Shown: in pieces, positions 30,246 to 39,010 of the stretch
Numbering within the stretch: position 1 is the stretch's first letter
How the letters are laid out: each line of letters starts with the position of its first letter
The notes under the pieces: model-generated
Seen by the model: the letters and a program-made list of their open reading frames with translations, nothing else
Told to the model about the DNA's origin: nothing
Database searches by the model: none
Source of the DNA: an uncultured Pseudomonadota bacterium
GTDB lineage: Bacteria > Oederibacteriota > Muellerivitia > Muellerivitales > Muellerivitaceae
Length of the DNA stretch: 64,000 bases
Direction of reading: 5' to 3'
Assembly (NCBI GenBank): GCA_963836235.1
Contig: CAWIIP010000004.1
Span: 544,001-608,000 of the forward strand
Program-made: the position numbers and the translations under genes

Positions 30246-31933
30246 TGATTCACGGTTACCTCACAGCCCCAACGGATATTCGGCCCAAGGCATTCCGAGG
30301 AGGTCTCGGGATCTTATTTTTAGGAATAGCCACGTTCGCAATGGTTTCATTAGCCGGGGCTCAAGTCTTGAGTACGGGGGGGACCGAATCCCCATTTGAG
30401 TTGGGGGGATCGGCTTGGTCCCTGGGGATGGGCGGGGCTGTGGCGGCGGTCTCGGGTTATGGGGACAGTTTTTTTGAGAATCCGGCAGCCTTAGCAACGG
30501 TTCAGGAACATGAAATTCTCACCTTTCACGCTCCTTTATTCCTCGATACTCTTTATGATTCCGTCGGTTATATCCATCCTATCGGAGCGAACAATAGCTT
30601 CGGTCTGGCTGTAACCCGATTGGGGACTTCGGGAATCTTTCAAACTCAAAATAACATTGAAGCCATTTCCACCTTTTCTTCCGAGGAGTATGAAGGGCTT
30701 TTGAGTTATGGGTTTCGCCTTTGGCCTGATTTGGATTTGGGGGCTTCGGTAAAATACATCTTTGAGCAATTATTGACTTATCAGGGAAGCGGCGCGGGGT
30801 TGGATTTGGGTCTTCTTTACCATTTTTCAAGAAGCCACGCGGATTTTAACCAGGTTGGATTCCGGAATATCACTCTGGGGTTCTCGGTTTCCAATGTTCT
30901 CCAACCGCAAACCAAACTTTTCCAGGTCGCGGATAACCCGGCTCGTGTTTTTCGCCCCGCCTTTTCTTACTATTATCAATTCCCGGGATCCCGAAACGAT
31001 TTTTGGGTGATGGCGGAAGGTGAATTTCCCTATAGCGGTGAAAAGCTCGTTAAGGCGGGTCTTCAATATGGGTGGAACAATACCGTTTTCGTCCGGACCG
31101 GATTTGACGGGACGGGACCCACGGCAGGCGCAGGGATAAAGCTTTATGATTTCGAGTTCGATTACGCCTACGACCAGCAGGATTTGGGGGCTTTGAACCA
31201 GTTTTCGCTGACTTACCGATTCGGGCGTTATGTAGACCCGCTTCAGGCTCAAAAAATTGATCTCTTGAAATGGGTAGCCCAAAGCTATTCCAAGGACAAC
31301 GATTTTGATCCAGCCATCAAAGCTTGGCAAAATGTATTGAGGGAATTTCCGGACGACACGGAAGCTCCGCAGGCCATCAAGGATCTTCAGCACCAGCGTA
31401 AAAATCTGGTTCAGGACCAGCTTCAGATGGCGCGGTCGGCCATGAGCCGGGGAGATTATGAGAAGGCATTGCCCTTGATCGCCAAGGTTTTGAGCTTGGA
31501 TCCCGGTAATCCGGATGCCAAGAAGCTCTTAAGCCAAATTGATAAAAAGACCTTGGTTTCCACCAATTATACACGCGGGGTGGAAGCTTACAGCCGTGAG
31601 GATTACGGACTGGCGATTCAATATTTGGAAATGGTCTACGAAGTGGATTCCCATTACCGGGATGTCAATTATCTTTACCACGACGCGCAAAGCCATTATC
31701 TTCCCTTGGAATCCATGCCCAAGGAATTAACCGAGCTTTATGCCCAGGGAGTGAATTACTATATGGGCGGAGATTATCGGAAAGCCATCGATGCTTGGGA
31801 ACAAGTGCTGAACAAGAGTCCTAAAAACTTCCTCGTTCGTCGCAATATTGAGGATGCCAGAAGACGTGTGAATGATAAGGCTGTTCCGGAAGATACTTCT
31901 ACTGAAAATCAGGAGCTTAAAAACAAACCATGA
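30242..31933 (+). CDS. PorV/PorQ-like beta-barrel fused to C-terminal TPR domain
   Basis: 'FELGGSAWSLGMGGA..FENPAAL', barrel ending 'FDYAY..LG..NQFSLTYRFG', followed by TPR helices. Confidence 0.8.
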   Translation: MMIHGYLTAPTDIRPKAFRGGLGILFLGIATFAMVSLAGAQVLSTGGTESPFELGGSAWSLGMGGAVAAVSGYGDSFFENPAALATVQEHEILTFHAPLFLDTLYDSVGYIHPIGANNSFGLAVTRLGTSGIFQTQNNIEAISTFSSEEYEGLLSYGFRLWPDLDLGASVKYIFEQLLTYQGSGAGLDLGLLYHFSRSHADFNQVGFRNITLGFSVSNVLQPQTKLFQVADNPARVFRPAFSYYYQFPGSRNDFWVMAEGEFPYSGEKLVKAGLQYGWNNTVFVRTGFDGTGPTAGAGIKLYDFEFDYAYDQQDLGALNQFSLTYRFGRYVDPLQAQKIDLLKWVAQSYSKDNDFDPAIKAWQNVLREFPDDTEAPQAIKDLQHQRKNLVQDQLQMARSAMSRGDYEKALPLIAKVLSLDPGNPDAKKLLSQIDKKTLVSTNYTRGVEAYSREDYGLAIQYLEMVYEVDSHYRDVNYLYHDAQSHYLPLESMPKELTELYAQGVNYYMGGDYRKAIDAWEQVLNKSPKNFLVRRNIEDARRRVNDKAVPEDTSTENQELKNKP

Positions 31934-34332
31934 ACTTGTCCCCCCTCCTTTACCGTATTCTTTCCCGCCTTCCCTTTGAGCCTAGACGAAGGCTTTACCG
32001 ACTGGAAGTGGAAGCCAAAGATATCGAGCTTCTGACGATCAAAGATTTTGTCCAGAGGGTTTGTGACTCGGCAGGCTGCACGCCAAAGGAAACATCCAAT
32101 ATCAAGCTGGCCATTGACGAAGCCTGCAGCAATATTATTCGCCATGCTTATAAAGATAAAGAGGGAGGAAAGATCAATTTAGAGATGGGGATCGGTTTTT
32201 CCGACTTGATGATAAAAATCATTGATTACGGCAAGCCCTTCGATTTCAGGGGTGTCAAAGATCCCGACTTGAACCATTACGTGGACATTGGGAAAAAAGG
32301 AGGGCTAGGTATATGGCTGATTAAGAAAGTCATGACTGATGTCCGTTATAAAGCTTTTCCAGACCACAATGAACTGATCCTTTACCGCCGTCTTTCGAAA
32401 GCTCCGCCTAGGGAATTGGGCCTCAAAAAGGGAAGCTATTCGGTTTCAACTAAATTCTCTTTGGGATCGATAGTGTTGATATTTTTTATCATTGCCTCCG
32501 CCTTTTTTTACCTGAACAAACAGCAACAAGCGCGGGTTTTCCAGCAACAAAGGGAAAGTGTGACTACCTTACTCGAGACGATGGCTTCTGAATCGGGTAT
32601 TTTTATGGCTCGCAAAAGCGATCTTGAATTGGACCGGTTGATTAGGGAAGTGCTTCGGGGAGACAAAGACAAGGTTTTAAGCTATGCCTTTGCCGTTAGT
32701 TCCGAGGGGAGATTTCTAGCTCATTCGGATTTAAACCAGCTATTCAAGTCTTATACGCCTCCTCCTGGCGTTCAAACAAGCCGGATACCAGGTATCCAAA
32801 TCTTCCGTGTCAAAACGGCCGAGGGGCCTTTAACGGATTACTCATCCGCCGTTTATTTTCATGGCCAGTGGATGGGCGAGGTCCATTTGGGCGAGAGCGA
32901 TAGCGCCATCCAGCAAATAGCTTCCAGAGTAAAAATCGATTTAGCGAAATTGATGGGTTTGATTGTTCTCGTCAGTGTTATTGGGCTTTATTTCCTTTCT
33001 CGTATTTTCATTAAGCCTTTCCAGAAAATTTTGGAAGGGGTTCATGCCATGAGTACAGGGAATTTTAACGCCAAAATTGACGTAGAAAGTCAGGATGAAT
33101 TCGGCCAATTGGCCAGCATCTTCAATGATATGACCCTCAAAATCCAGGATTCTCAGAAGGGAATGGTGGAGAACGAGCGAATGCAGAAGGAAATGCAAGT
33201 GGCTCAAGAAATCCAGCACACCCTTTTGCCTGGAGAGTTTCCACAAATCGAAGGTTATGAGATTGGGGCCACTTACCGGGCTGCCAAGGAAGTGGGTGGC
33301 GACTATTATGACTTTTTCTGGGTGGATCCAACCACGCTTGGCATCGTGGTGGCGGATGTTTCGGGCAAGGGTGTTCCTGGATCTCTTGTCATGACGATGA
33401 TCCGGACCGCCATGCGCCTGGAATCACGGGGCAACCGTTCGTCCTCCAGTGTTTTGGGAAAGGTCAATCAGCATGTCACCGCAGATATGAAACGGGGCAT
33501 GTTTGTGACAATGTTTTACATCATCCTAGATTCTCGGAACCGCTCGATCAATTTCTCCAGTGCCGGGCACAACCCAATGATCTTGTATCGGGGAAAGACA
33601 AAAGAAGTCTATTTCTTGAAACCCAAGGGTTTTCCGGTGGGGATTGATCTTCCCGAAGAGGATATGTTCGTTAAAAATCTTGCCCTTCAAAAGGTCAGCC
33701 TTGAGAAAAATGATATGTTGGTGATTTATACGGATGGAATTACCGAAGCAATGAATCCTGAAAGCGAGCAGTTTGGCGAAGATAGGCTTATCAATGTTAT
33801 TAAGGAAAATTCCAATCTCACTCCCGCGGAGTTTGTGGCTAAACTTAACGAGGCTATCGCCCAATTCACCCGCGGGGCAGAACAGAACGATGACATCACG
33901 ATCGTAGCCATTAAAGAAAAAATGAAAGCCGAGAATGTGGAGTTCAAATTCCGAAAAAAACTCTTGAATTTGGTCGAAAAGAAAGGCTTGTCAGTGATAG
34001 AAGCCTGCCGACAAATGAATACATCGACAAACACCTATTACCGATTTAAAAAAATCTTTGTTGAGAAGGGTAAAGATGGATTGAAGCCGGTGAAAAATAT
34101 GAAGCGAGGGGATATCAAGGAACTTCCCCTTCCCCAACAGCAGGCGGTAATGGCAATGGTTCGGGAACACCCTGAATACGGCGCAAAGCAGATTATTGAA
34201 GCGATTTTGAAAAATTCGACTCCGCCTATGAAGGTTGACCCGAAGTTGGTTTCGAAGTTCTTAAAGCGAAAGGGCTTGGCGGATGTGAAAGCCCGGGAAG
34301 CCCTTGGTGTTAACCAGGTTGACAGGGTTTAA
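31930..34332 (+). CDS. Membrane protein: RsbW-like kinase domain, TM-sensor-TM, HAMP, SpoIIE/PP2C phosphatase, C-terminal HTH
   Basis: 'LAIDEACSNIIRHAY', 'GGLGIWLIKK', HAMP 'DEFGQLA..FNDM', 'VGGDYYD', 'ADVSGKG', 'SAGHNP', 'YTDGITEA', 'DDIT'; HTH 'SVIEACRQMNTSTNTYYRFKK'. Confidence 0.9.
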   Translation: MNLSPLLYRILSRLPFEPRRRLYRLEVEAKDIELLTIKDFVQRVCDSAGCTPKETSNIKLAIDEACSNIIRHAYKDKEGGKINLEMGIGFSDLMIKIIDYGKPFDFRGVKDPDLNHYVDIGKKGGLGIWLIKKVMTDVRYKAFPDHNELILYRRLSKAPPRELGLKKGSYSVSTKFSLGSIVLIFFIIASAFFYLNKQQQARVFQQQRESVTTLLETMASESGIFMARKSDLELDRLIREVLRGDKDKVLSYAFAVSSEGRFLAHSDLNQLFKSYTPPPGVQTSRIPGIQIFRVKTAEGPLTDYSSAVYFHGQWMGEVHLGESDSAIQQIASRVKIDLAKLMGLIVLVSVIGLYFLSRIFIKPFQKILEGVHAMSTGNFNAKIDVESQDEFGQLASIFNDMTLKIQDSQKGMVENERMQKEMQVAQEIQHTLLPGEFPQIEGYEIGATYRAAKEVGGDYYDFFWVDPTTLGIVVADVSGKGVPGSLVMTMIRTAMRLESRGNRSSSSVLGKVNQHVTADMKRGMFVTMFYIILDSRNRSINFSSAGHNPMILYRGKTKEVYFLKPKGFPVGIDLPEEDMFVKNLALQKVSLEKNDMLVIYTDGITEAMNPESEQFGEDRLINVIKENSNLTPAEFVAKLNEAIAQFTRGAEQNDDITIVAIKEKMKAENVEFKFRKKLLNLVEKKGLSVIEACRQMNTSTNTYYRFKKIFVEKGKDGLKPVKNMKRGDIKELPLPQQQAVMAMVREHPEYGAKQIIEAILKNSTPPMKVDPKLVSKFLKRKGLADVKAREALGVNQVDRV

Positions 34333-34381
34333 GGCTAAAGTGATAATAAGGCCCGCAACGGGCCTTATCTTCGGAGGAAGC

Positions 34382-34744
34382 ATGGAAAATATTTCGGTTA
34401 GCGTATCTGAGCATCCACAAAATAAAGAAATAACCCTCCTTGCGGTAAAGGGTTTTATTGACACGACTACGGCTCCGGAGTTTGAAAAGAAATTTCTAAC
34501 GGTATTGGGTGAAAAGAAATTCAAACTGGTGGTTGATTTGAAAGATGTCAATTACATCAGCAGTGCCGGTTGGGGTATTTTTATCAGTGAAATTAAACGT
34601 ATTCGCAATCAAAAGGGGGATTTGGTGCTGGTTGGAATGAATCCCGAGGTCTCGGAAGTTTTCGAGCTGTTAGAATTTAACACTATTTTAAAGTCTTTTC
34701 CGAATGTCGAAATTGCCATTAAGAAAGGTTTTGAAAAGCCGTAA
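34382..34744 (+). CDS. STAS-domain anti-sigma factor antagonist (RsbV/SpoIIAA-like)
   Basis: 'KGFIDTTTAPEFE', 'VDLKDVNYISSAGWG', 'EVFELL'; GGAGGA RBS before ATG 34382. Confidence 0.92.
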   Translation: MENISVSVSEHPQNKEITLLAVKGFIDTTTAPEFEKKFLTVLGEKKFKLVVDLKDVNYISSAGWGIFISEIKRIRNQKGDLVLVGMNPEVSEVFELLEFNTILKSFPNVEIAIKKGFEKP

Positions 34745-34782
34745 TCCAAAGGATTTGAAGATCCGAAAGTTGGAAAAAAGTT

Positions 34783-35922
34783 ATGGAATCGGCCGCTTTA
34801 ACCTCCCTCATTGAAATCGAAGGGAAAAACTTTACACTCGAAACCTCTCCCGTATCAGGTAAAAATCGTCTTTCTTCCCTTATTCAATTGGGAGGGAGGA
34901 CACTATCTCAACGTGAGTTTGAAATACCTGAGGGGCTGGATGAGGATGGATTAAAGCATTTTCTGCAGGAAACCCACCGTATCCGTTCTGTGGAGCTTGA
35001 ATCCCTATTTCGCTTGAATCGGAAGATCGATGAAAAACCGACGACTGACGCCTGCTGGAAAATAGGGGTTATCTTCCTTTCTAATGGTTTTTATGAAGAT
35101 TCTCGCCAAAAATTCCAAAAAGCAATCGAAATGGATCCCCGCCATTTACAAGCCATCAAAAGCTACGGAATTACTTTAACTCTACTGGAAGATTTTGACG
35201 GGGCCTTAGCCACCCTGAACCAAGCGCGGGAGTTGGGACCTTCTTTTGCTGATATTTATTACCATCTCGGCAATGTTCATTTATATAAACGGGAATTGGA
35301 TGAATCCGTTCAGTGTTACCTTCAAGCCCTTCAAATCAATCCTCGTTACGCGGACGCCCGATTAAGGCTGGCCACTGCTTGTATGGGGTATTTGGCCCAA
35401 TCTTCCAACCAATTATCCGAACCTAAAGTAGCGGAATTATCAGAAAGGACCAAGACCGAAGCTGAAACGGCGGCTACGCTCAATCCAAAAGTCCGCAATC
35501 GGGCCTATATGATGGCAATGGATTTCTTGCGAAGTAAAAAATACTCGCAAGCTTTTCAATCTTTCATGGAAGTTCGTCCGCGGTATGTGCCTCGTATCGG
35601 CGATGAAATTATTTTTTTCTTCACTCTAACATTGTTATATGGAAGCGAAGGCATTGACCAGCAAATGACGGAACAGTATGTCGATAAATTATGTAAGGTT
35701 ATCGAAGAATTTCCCCATTACGCGGATCTCCACCACCATTTGGGTACTGCTTACTTGATCAAGTGCCGTTTTGATGTTAATCGCTCACTGAAGGAATTCA
35801 AAAAGGCTTTGGAGATTAATCCTCAATTTCAAAAGGCAATGACAAATTCGGTCGACACCGAAGATTTGCATAAGAAAGTGTTAACGGTTCTGAAAAAAGC
35901 AATCATGCCGCAGGGGAATTAG
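34783..35922 (+). CDS. Cytoplasmic TPR protein
   Basis: Multiple TPRs ('FADIYYHLG', 'ALQINPRYADA', 'YADLHHHLG'). Confidence 0.82.
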   Translation: MESAALTSLIEIEGKNFTLETSPVSGKNRLSSLIQLGGRTLSQREFEIPEGLDEDGLKHFLQETHRIRSVELESLFRLNRKIDEKPTTDACWKIGVIFLSNGFYEDSRQKFQKAIEMDPRHLQAIKSYGITLTLLEDFDGALATLNQARELGPSFADIYYHLGNVHLYKRELDESVQCYLQALQINPRYADARLRLATACMGYLAQSSNQLSEPKVAELSERTKTEAETAATLNPKVRNRAYMMAMDFLRSKKYSQAFQSFMEVRPRYVPRIGDEIIFFFTLTLLYGSEGIDQQMTEQYVDKLCKVIEEFPHYADLHHHLGTAYLIKCRFDVNRSLKEFKKALEINPQFQKAMTNSVDTEDLHKKVLTVLKKAIMPQGN

Positions 35923-36068
35923 TAACCTTCAATCAATATTATTTGAATCAACAAGGTACCCCGAAAGATAAAAAAATGATTTTCCGTTTAAAGGATTTTG
36001 CTTTTTGATGTTCTTGATGGCAAAGAAAGGATTTGAAAAAATTCTCCACCAAGTCTTATTTAGGCGGC

Positions 36069-36452
36069 TTATGATTCGGATGGAGGGGTCAGCGAGTAGT
36101 TAGTTTCCAAAAACTTAATGTGTTCGGACGTTATTTTGTCAAAGTTAACCCCATAAGCATACCTGCCCATGGTTTTCATGGGGTTTTTGCGGGCCCAAAC
36201 GACTTTTCCCAAATAAACGACACTATGGCTGCCGTCTAAGGAGTCCAATTCGAGGGTGATGTTGTAATTGTTGTCGAGGGTTTTGTTGGAGTAGATTTGA
36301 GCTCCGGTGGAACTAACGTTGACTAGTTGAGCGCGAAAGACCGCCCCATCCCCGGTCTGATCCACTAGGCGGCCCTTAATAGTTTTTACCATGACGACTC
36401 GGCGGTTGGTCCTCAAGTTGCCTTTTGATGGAGGACGAACTATTTTTTTCAT
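36069..36452 (-). CDS. PilZ domain protein (c-di-GMP receptor)
   Basis: RxxxR (RTNRR) and NxSxxG (NVSSTG) motifs, 'GKVVW', 'YGVNF'. Confidence 0.88.
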   Translation of the reverse strand: MKKIVRPPSKGNLRTNRRVVMVKTIKGRLVDQTGDGAVFRAQLVNVSSTGAQIYSNKTLDNNYNITLELDSLDGSHSVVYLGKVVWARKNPMKTMGRYAYGVNFDKITSEHIKFLETNYSLTPPSES

Positions 36453-36587
36453 GGGATATCTCCCCTGGAGTCAATAAAAACGTGTATAGCATAACACTAT
36501 CCTCCAAGAGGCGGAAGAAAAACATCCCGTTTTTTGCGGATTGGATGGAAGAAAATGAATGGAAATATTCCTGGAGGTTCTAAAAAG

Positions 36588-38063
36588 ATGACTATGGTTC
36601 GTGTTCGATTTGCGCCGAGCCCTACCGGGTACCTTCATGTAGGAGGTGCTCGGACGGCGCTCTTCAACTGGCTTTTTGCCCGCCATTCTGGTGGAAAATT
36701 TATCCTGCGAATTGAGGATACGGACCGGGAAAGATCCAAGCCTGAATACGAAGAGGCTATCATCCGTGATTTACAATGGTTGGGATTGGATTGGGATGAA
36801 GGGCCCTCCATCGGAGGGCCCGATGGGCCTTACCGCCAGACAGAGAGGGCATCTTTTTATCGGGAACAGCTGAAAAAACTTCTTTCCTCCGGAAATGCGT
36901 ATCATTGTTTTTGTAGTTACAAGGAATTGGAAACGGACCGTACAGCTGTTCAGGCTTTAGGAAAAAGTTATCGGTATTCTGGGAAATGCAGGACTTTGAC
37001 TTCAGATGAAGTGGAAGCCAAGCGAAAAGCTGGGCAACTTTTTTCGGTGAGGCTTAAGGTGGCAGAAGGGACGACCACCGTCGACGATTTGATCCGTGGT
37101 TTGGTAACGGTCGACCATTCGGAAATCGATGATTTCATCCTAGTGCGAAGCGGGGGAGAACCAACTTATAATTTCGTGGCCGCAGTTGATGACGCCCTCA
37201 TGAGGATATCCCATGTCATCCGTGGTGACGACCACCTTTCGAATACTCCTAAACAAATATTGATTTACAAAGCGCTTGGGTTCACATTGCCCCAATTTGC
37301 TCATATTCCCCTGATCCTGGGGACTGATAGAACCCCACTTTCCAAGCGACATGGGGCTAATTCGGTTGGGGAATTCAAGCGCCATGGCTATCTTCCGGAA
37401 GCGATGATGAATTACCTGGCTTTGTTAGGTTGGTCTTTTGATGGAAAAACCGAAATCTTTTCCAAGGATGAACTTATTAAGCGTTTCAGCCTTGAACGGG
37501 TGGTTAAAAGCGCGGCTTGTTTTGACTATGACAAATTCCAATGGTTAAACGGTCACTACATTCGGGAAGCTGATGATGAGCGTATATACCAGCTTTGTCT
37601 GGAATATCTTTGGGATGCGGATGCCATTAATGCCGATTTCATGCGGGAAGGTGGCCCTGCCCTGAAACGAATGGTGGGGACGGTGAAAAACAGCCTTAAA
37701 ACTGTTTCGGATGTTGGCGAACAATTAACGTACTTTTTAGGAGAAGTTCACTCTTATGATCCCTCTGGTTTGGAAAAATACTTGGTGCCTCAAACTGTTC
37801 CTGTTTTGGAAGAAGCGGTTTGGGTTTTAGAGGATTCTGTTGATTTCAACGCCATGACTTTAGAAGAACGTTTCCGACAAAATGCGGTTAAAAAGGAACG
37901 CAAATTTGCAGAATACGTCCATCCGATGCGACTTGCCATTACGGGGAAATCAGCTAGCCCGAATTTATTTGAATTGATCGAAATTTTAGGTAAAGGACGT
38001 TGTATTGTCCGCTTGATGAGGTTTGTTCAAATGATCAAACATGCCAAGCCACTTGAGATTTGA
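36588..38063 (+). CDS. gltX: Glutamate--tRNA ligase
   Basis: 'VRVRFAPSPTGYLHVGGARTALFN', 'LRIEDTD', 'SHVIRGDDH', 'LSKRHG'; GGAGG RBS before ATG 36588. Confidence 0.96.
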   Translation: MTMVRVRFAPSPTGYLHVGGARTALFNWLFARHSGGKFILRIEDTDRERSKPEYEEAIIRDLQWLGLDWDEGPSIGGPDGPYRQTERASFYREQLKKLLSSGNAYHCFCSYKELETDRTAVQALGKSYRYSGKCRTLTSDEVEAKRKAGQLFSVRLKVAEGTTTVDDLIRGLVTVDHSEIDDFILVRSGGEPTYNFVAAVDDALMRISHVIRGDDHLSNTPKQILIYKALGFTLPQFAHIPLILGTDRTPLSKRHGANSVGEFKRHGYLPEAMMNYLALLGWSFDGKTEIFSKDELIKRFSLERVVKSAACFDYDKFQWLNGHYIREADDERIYQLCLEYLWDADAINADFMREGGPALKRMVGTVKNSLKTVSDVGEQLTYFLGEVHSYDPSGLEKYLVPQTVPVLEEAVWVLEDSVDFNAMTLEERFRQNAVKKERKFAEYVHPMRLAITGKSASPNLFELIEILGKGRCIVRLMRFVQMIKHAKPLEI

Positions 38064-38203
38064 TTGTAAGATAATGGCTTCAGAATGCGGACTGCCTTTA
38101 CTGATCGCCGTTAAAAAATAAAATAAAGCTTGGGACAATTCTTTGGTCAACTTAAAATAATGAAGAATTAACGATAGAGAAATGTTTTTGAAAGGAACGG
38201 CCC

Positions 38204-38770
38204 ATGGCAAGCCATATCATTGAGTTTGTTTTTAGCCGCGGCGAGAAAAAAGGGCGATTAAGGCCAGTCAATCGCAAGGATTGGGGTCAGATCGTAGGCT
38301 GGTGGAATGATCCGGACGTCCGCCGTCTCTTCGACGTTCACTTCGTGGACCAAACCTTCTCGGATGCTGAAAAGTGGTTTGCTAAGAACGGCTCGGGGGA
38401 AGATGAAAAGCTTCCGCGGTCTTTCGTCATCGAAGTAGACGATGATAGTAAGTGGCTTCCTGTTGGTACCGCGGAATTTTACAGCGAAAGGCCATCCCAC
38501 AAGACCGCCGAATTCGGCTTCCTCATTGGGGATAAGCAGTGGTGGGGCAAAGGTATCGGTACCGAAACCGCCAAGCGCATGGTGAAATATGGCTTGGAGC
38601 AATTGGAATATAAACGAATTGGTGCTGTCTCGGCCGCTTATAATGTGCGTTCTCTTAATGCCCTTCAAAAGGCGGGGTTCCAGATCGAGGGTATCCGCAA
38701 AAGCTATGTATTCCGTGATGGCCAGCACCATGATCAGACCGTGATGTCAATTATCCGGCCTGAAAAATAA
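38204..38770 (+). CDS. GNAT family N-acetyltransferase (RimJ/RimL-like)
   Basis: 'AEFGFLIGDKQWWGKGIGTE', 'N..S..ALQKAGFQIEG'. Confidence 0.88.
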   Translation: MASHIIEFVFSRGEKKGRLRPVNRKDWGQIVGWWNDPDVRRLFDVHFVDQTFSDAEKWFAKNGSGEDEKLPRSFVIEVDDDSKWLPVGTAEFYSERPSHKTAEFGFLIGDKQWWGKGIGTETAKRMVKYGLEQLEYKRIGAVSAAYNVRSLNALQKAGFQIEGIRKSYVFRDGQHHDQTVMSIIRPEK

Positions 38771-38813
38771 GGTTCAAAACCCCCGTTTGAAAATACCAAA
38801 TGCGGGAATCCTG

Positions 38814-38822
38814 TGTTAAAAT
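38814..38822 (+). promoter_or_regulatory. Possible extended -10 promoter for tRNA-Gln
   Basis: TG-T-TAAAAT about 36 nt upstream of the tRNA 5' end. Confidence 0.4.
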
Positions 38823-38858
38823 CCGACCCCTGTTGAACCGTTCTTTACGTTTTTCCAT

Positions 38859-38932
38859 TGGGAGATCGTCTAATGGTAGGACAGCAGACTCTGACTCTGC
38901 TTATCTTGGTTCGAGTCCAAGTCTCCCAGCCA
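38859..38932 (+). tRNA. tRNA-Gln (anticodon CTG)
   Basis: Acceptor stem TGGGAGA/TCTCCCA, D-loop TAATGGTA, anticodon arm GCAGA-CT CTG AC-TCTGC, T-arm GGTTCGAGTCC, encoded CCA. Confidence 0.97.
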
Positions 38933-39010
38933 TTTTTTACTTTTCAACCGTCCTATTTTGAGACTAGTTACTTGAAAATAACTAATCGTATGGTACTGCT
39001 GATCAATGGG

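Noticed and set aside
33940-34332. Insertion sequence
   Set aside because: Only an HTH region is present, in frame with the phosphatase; no DDE domain or terminal repeats seen
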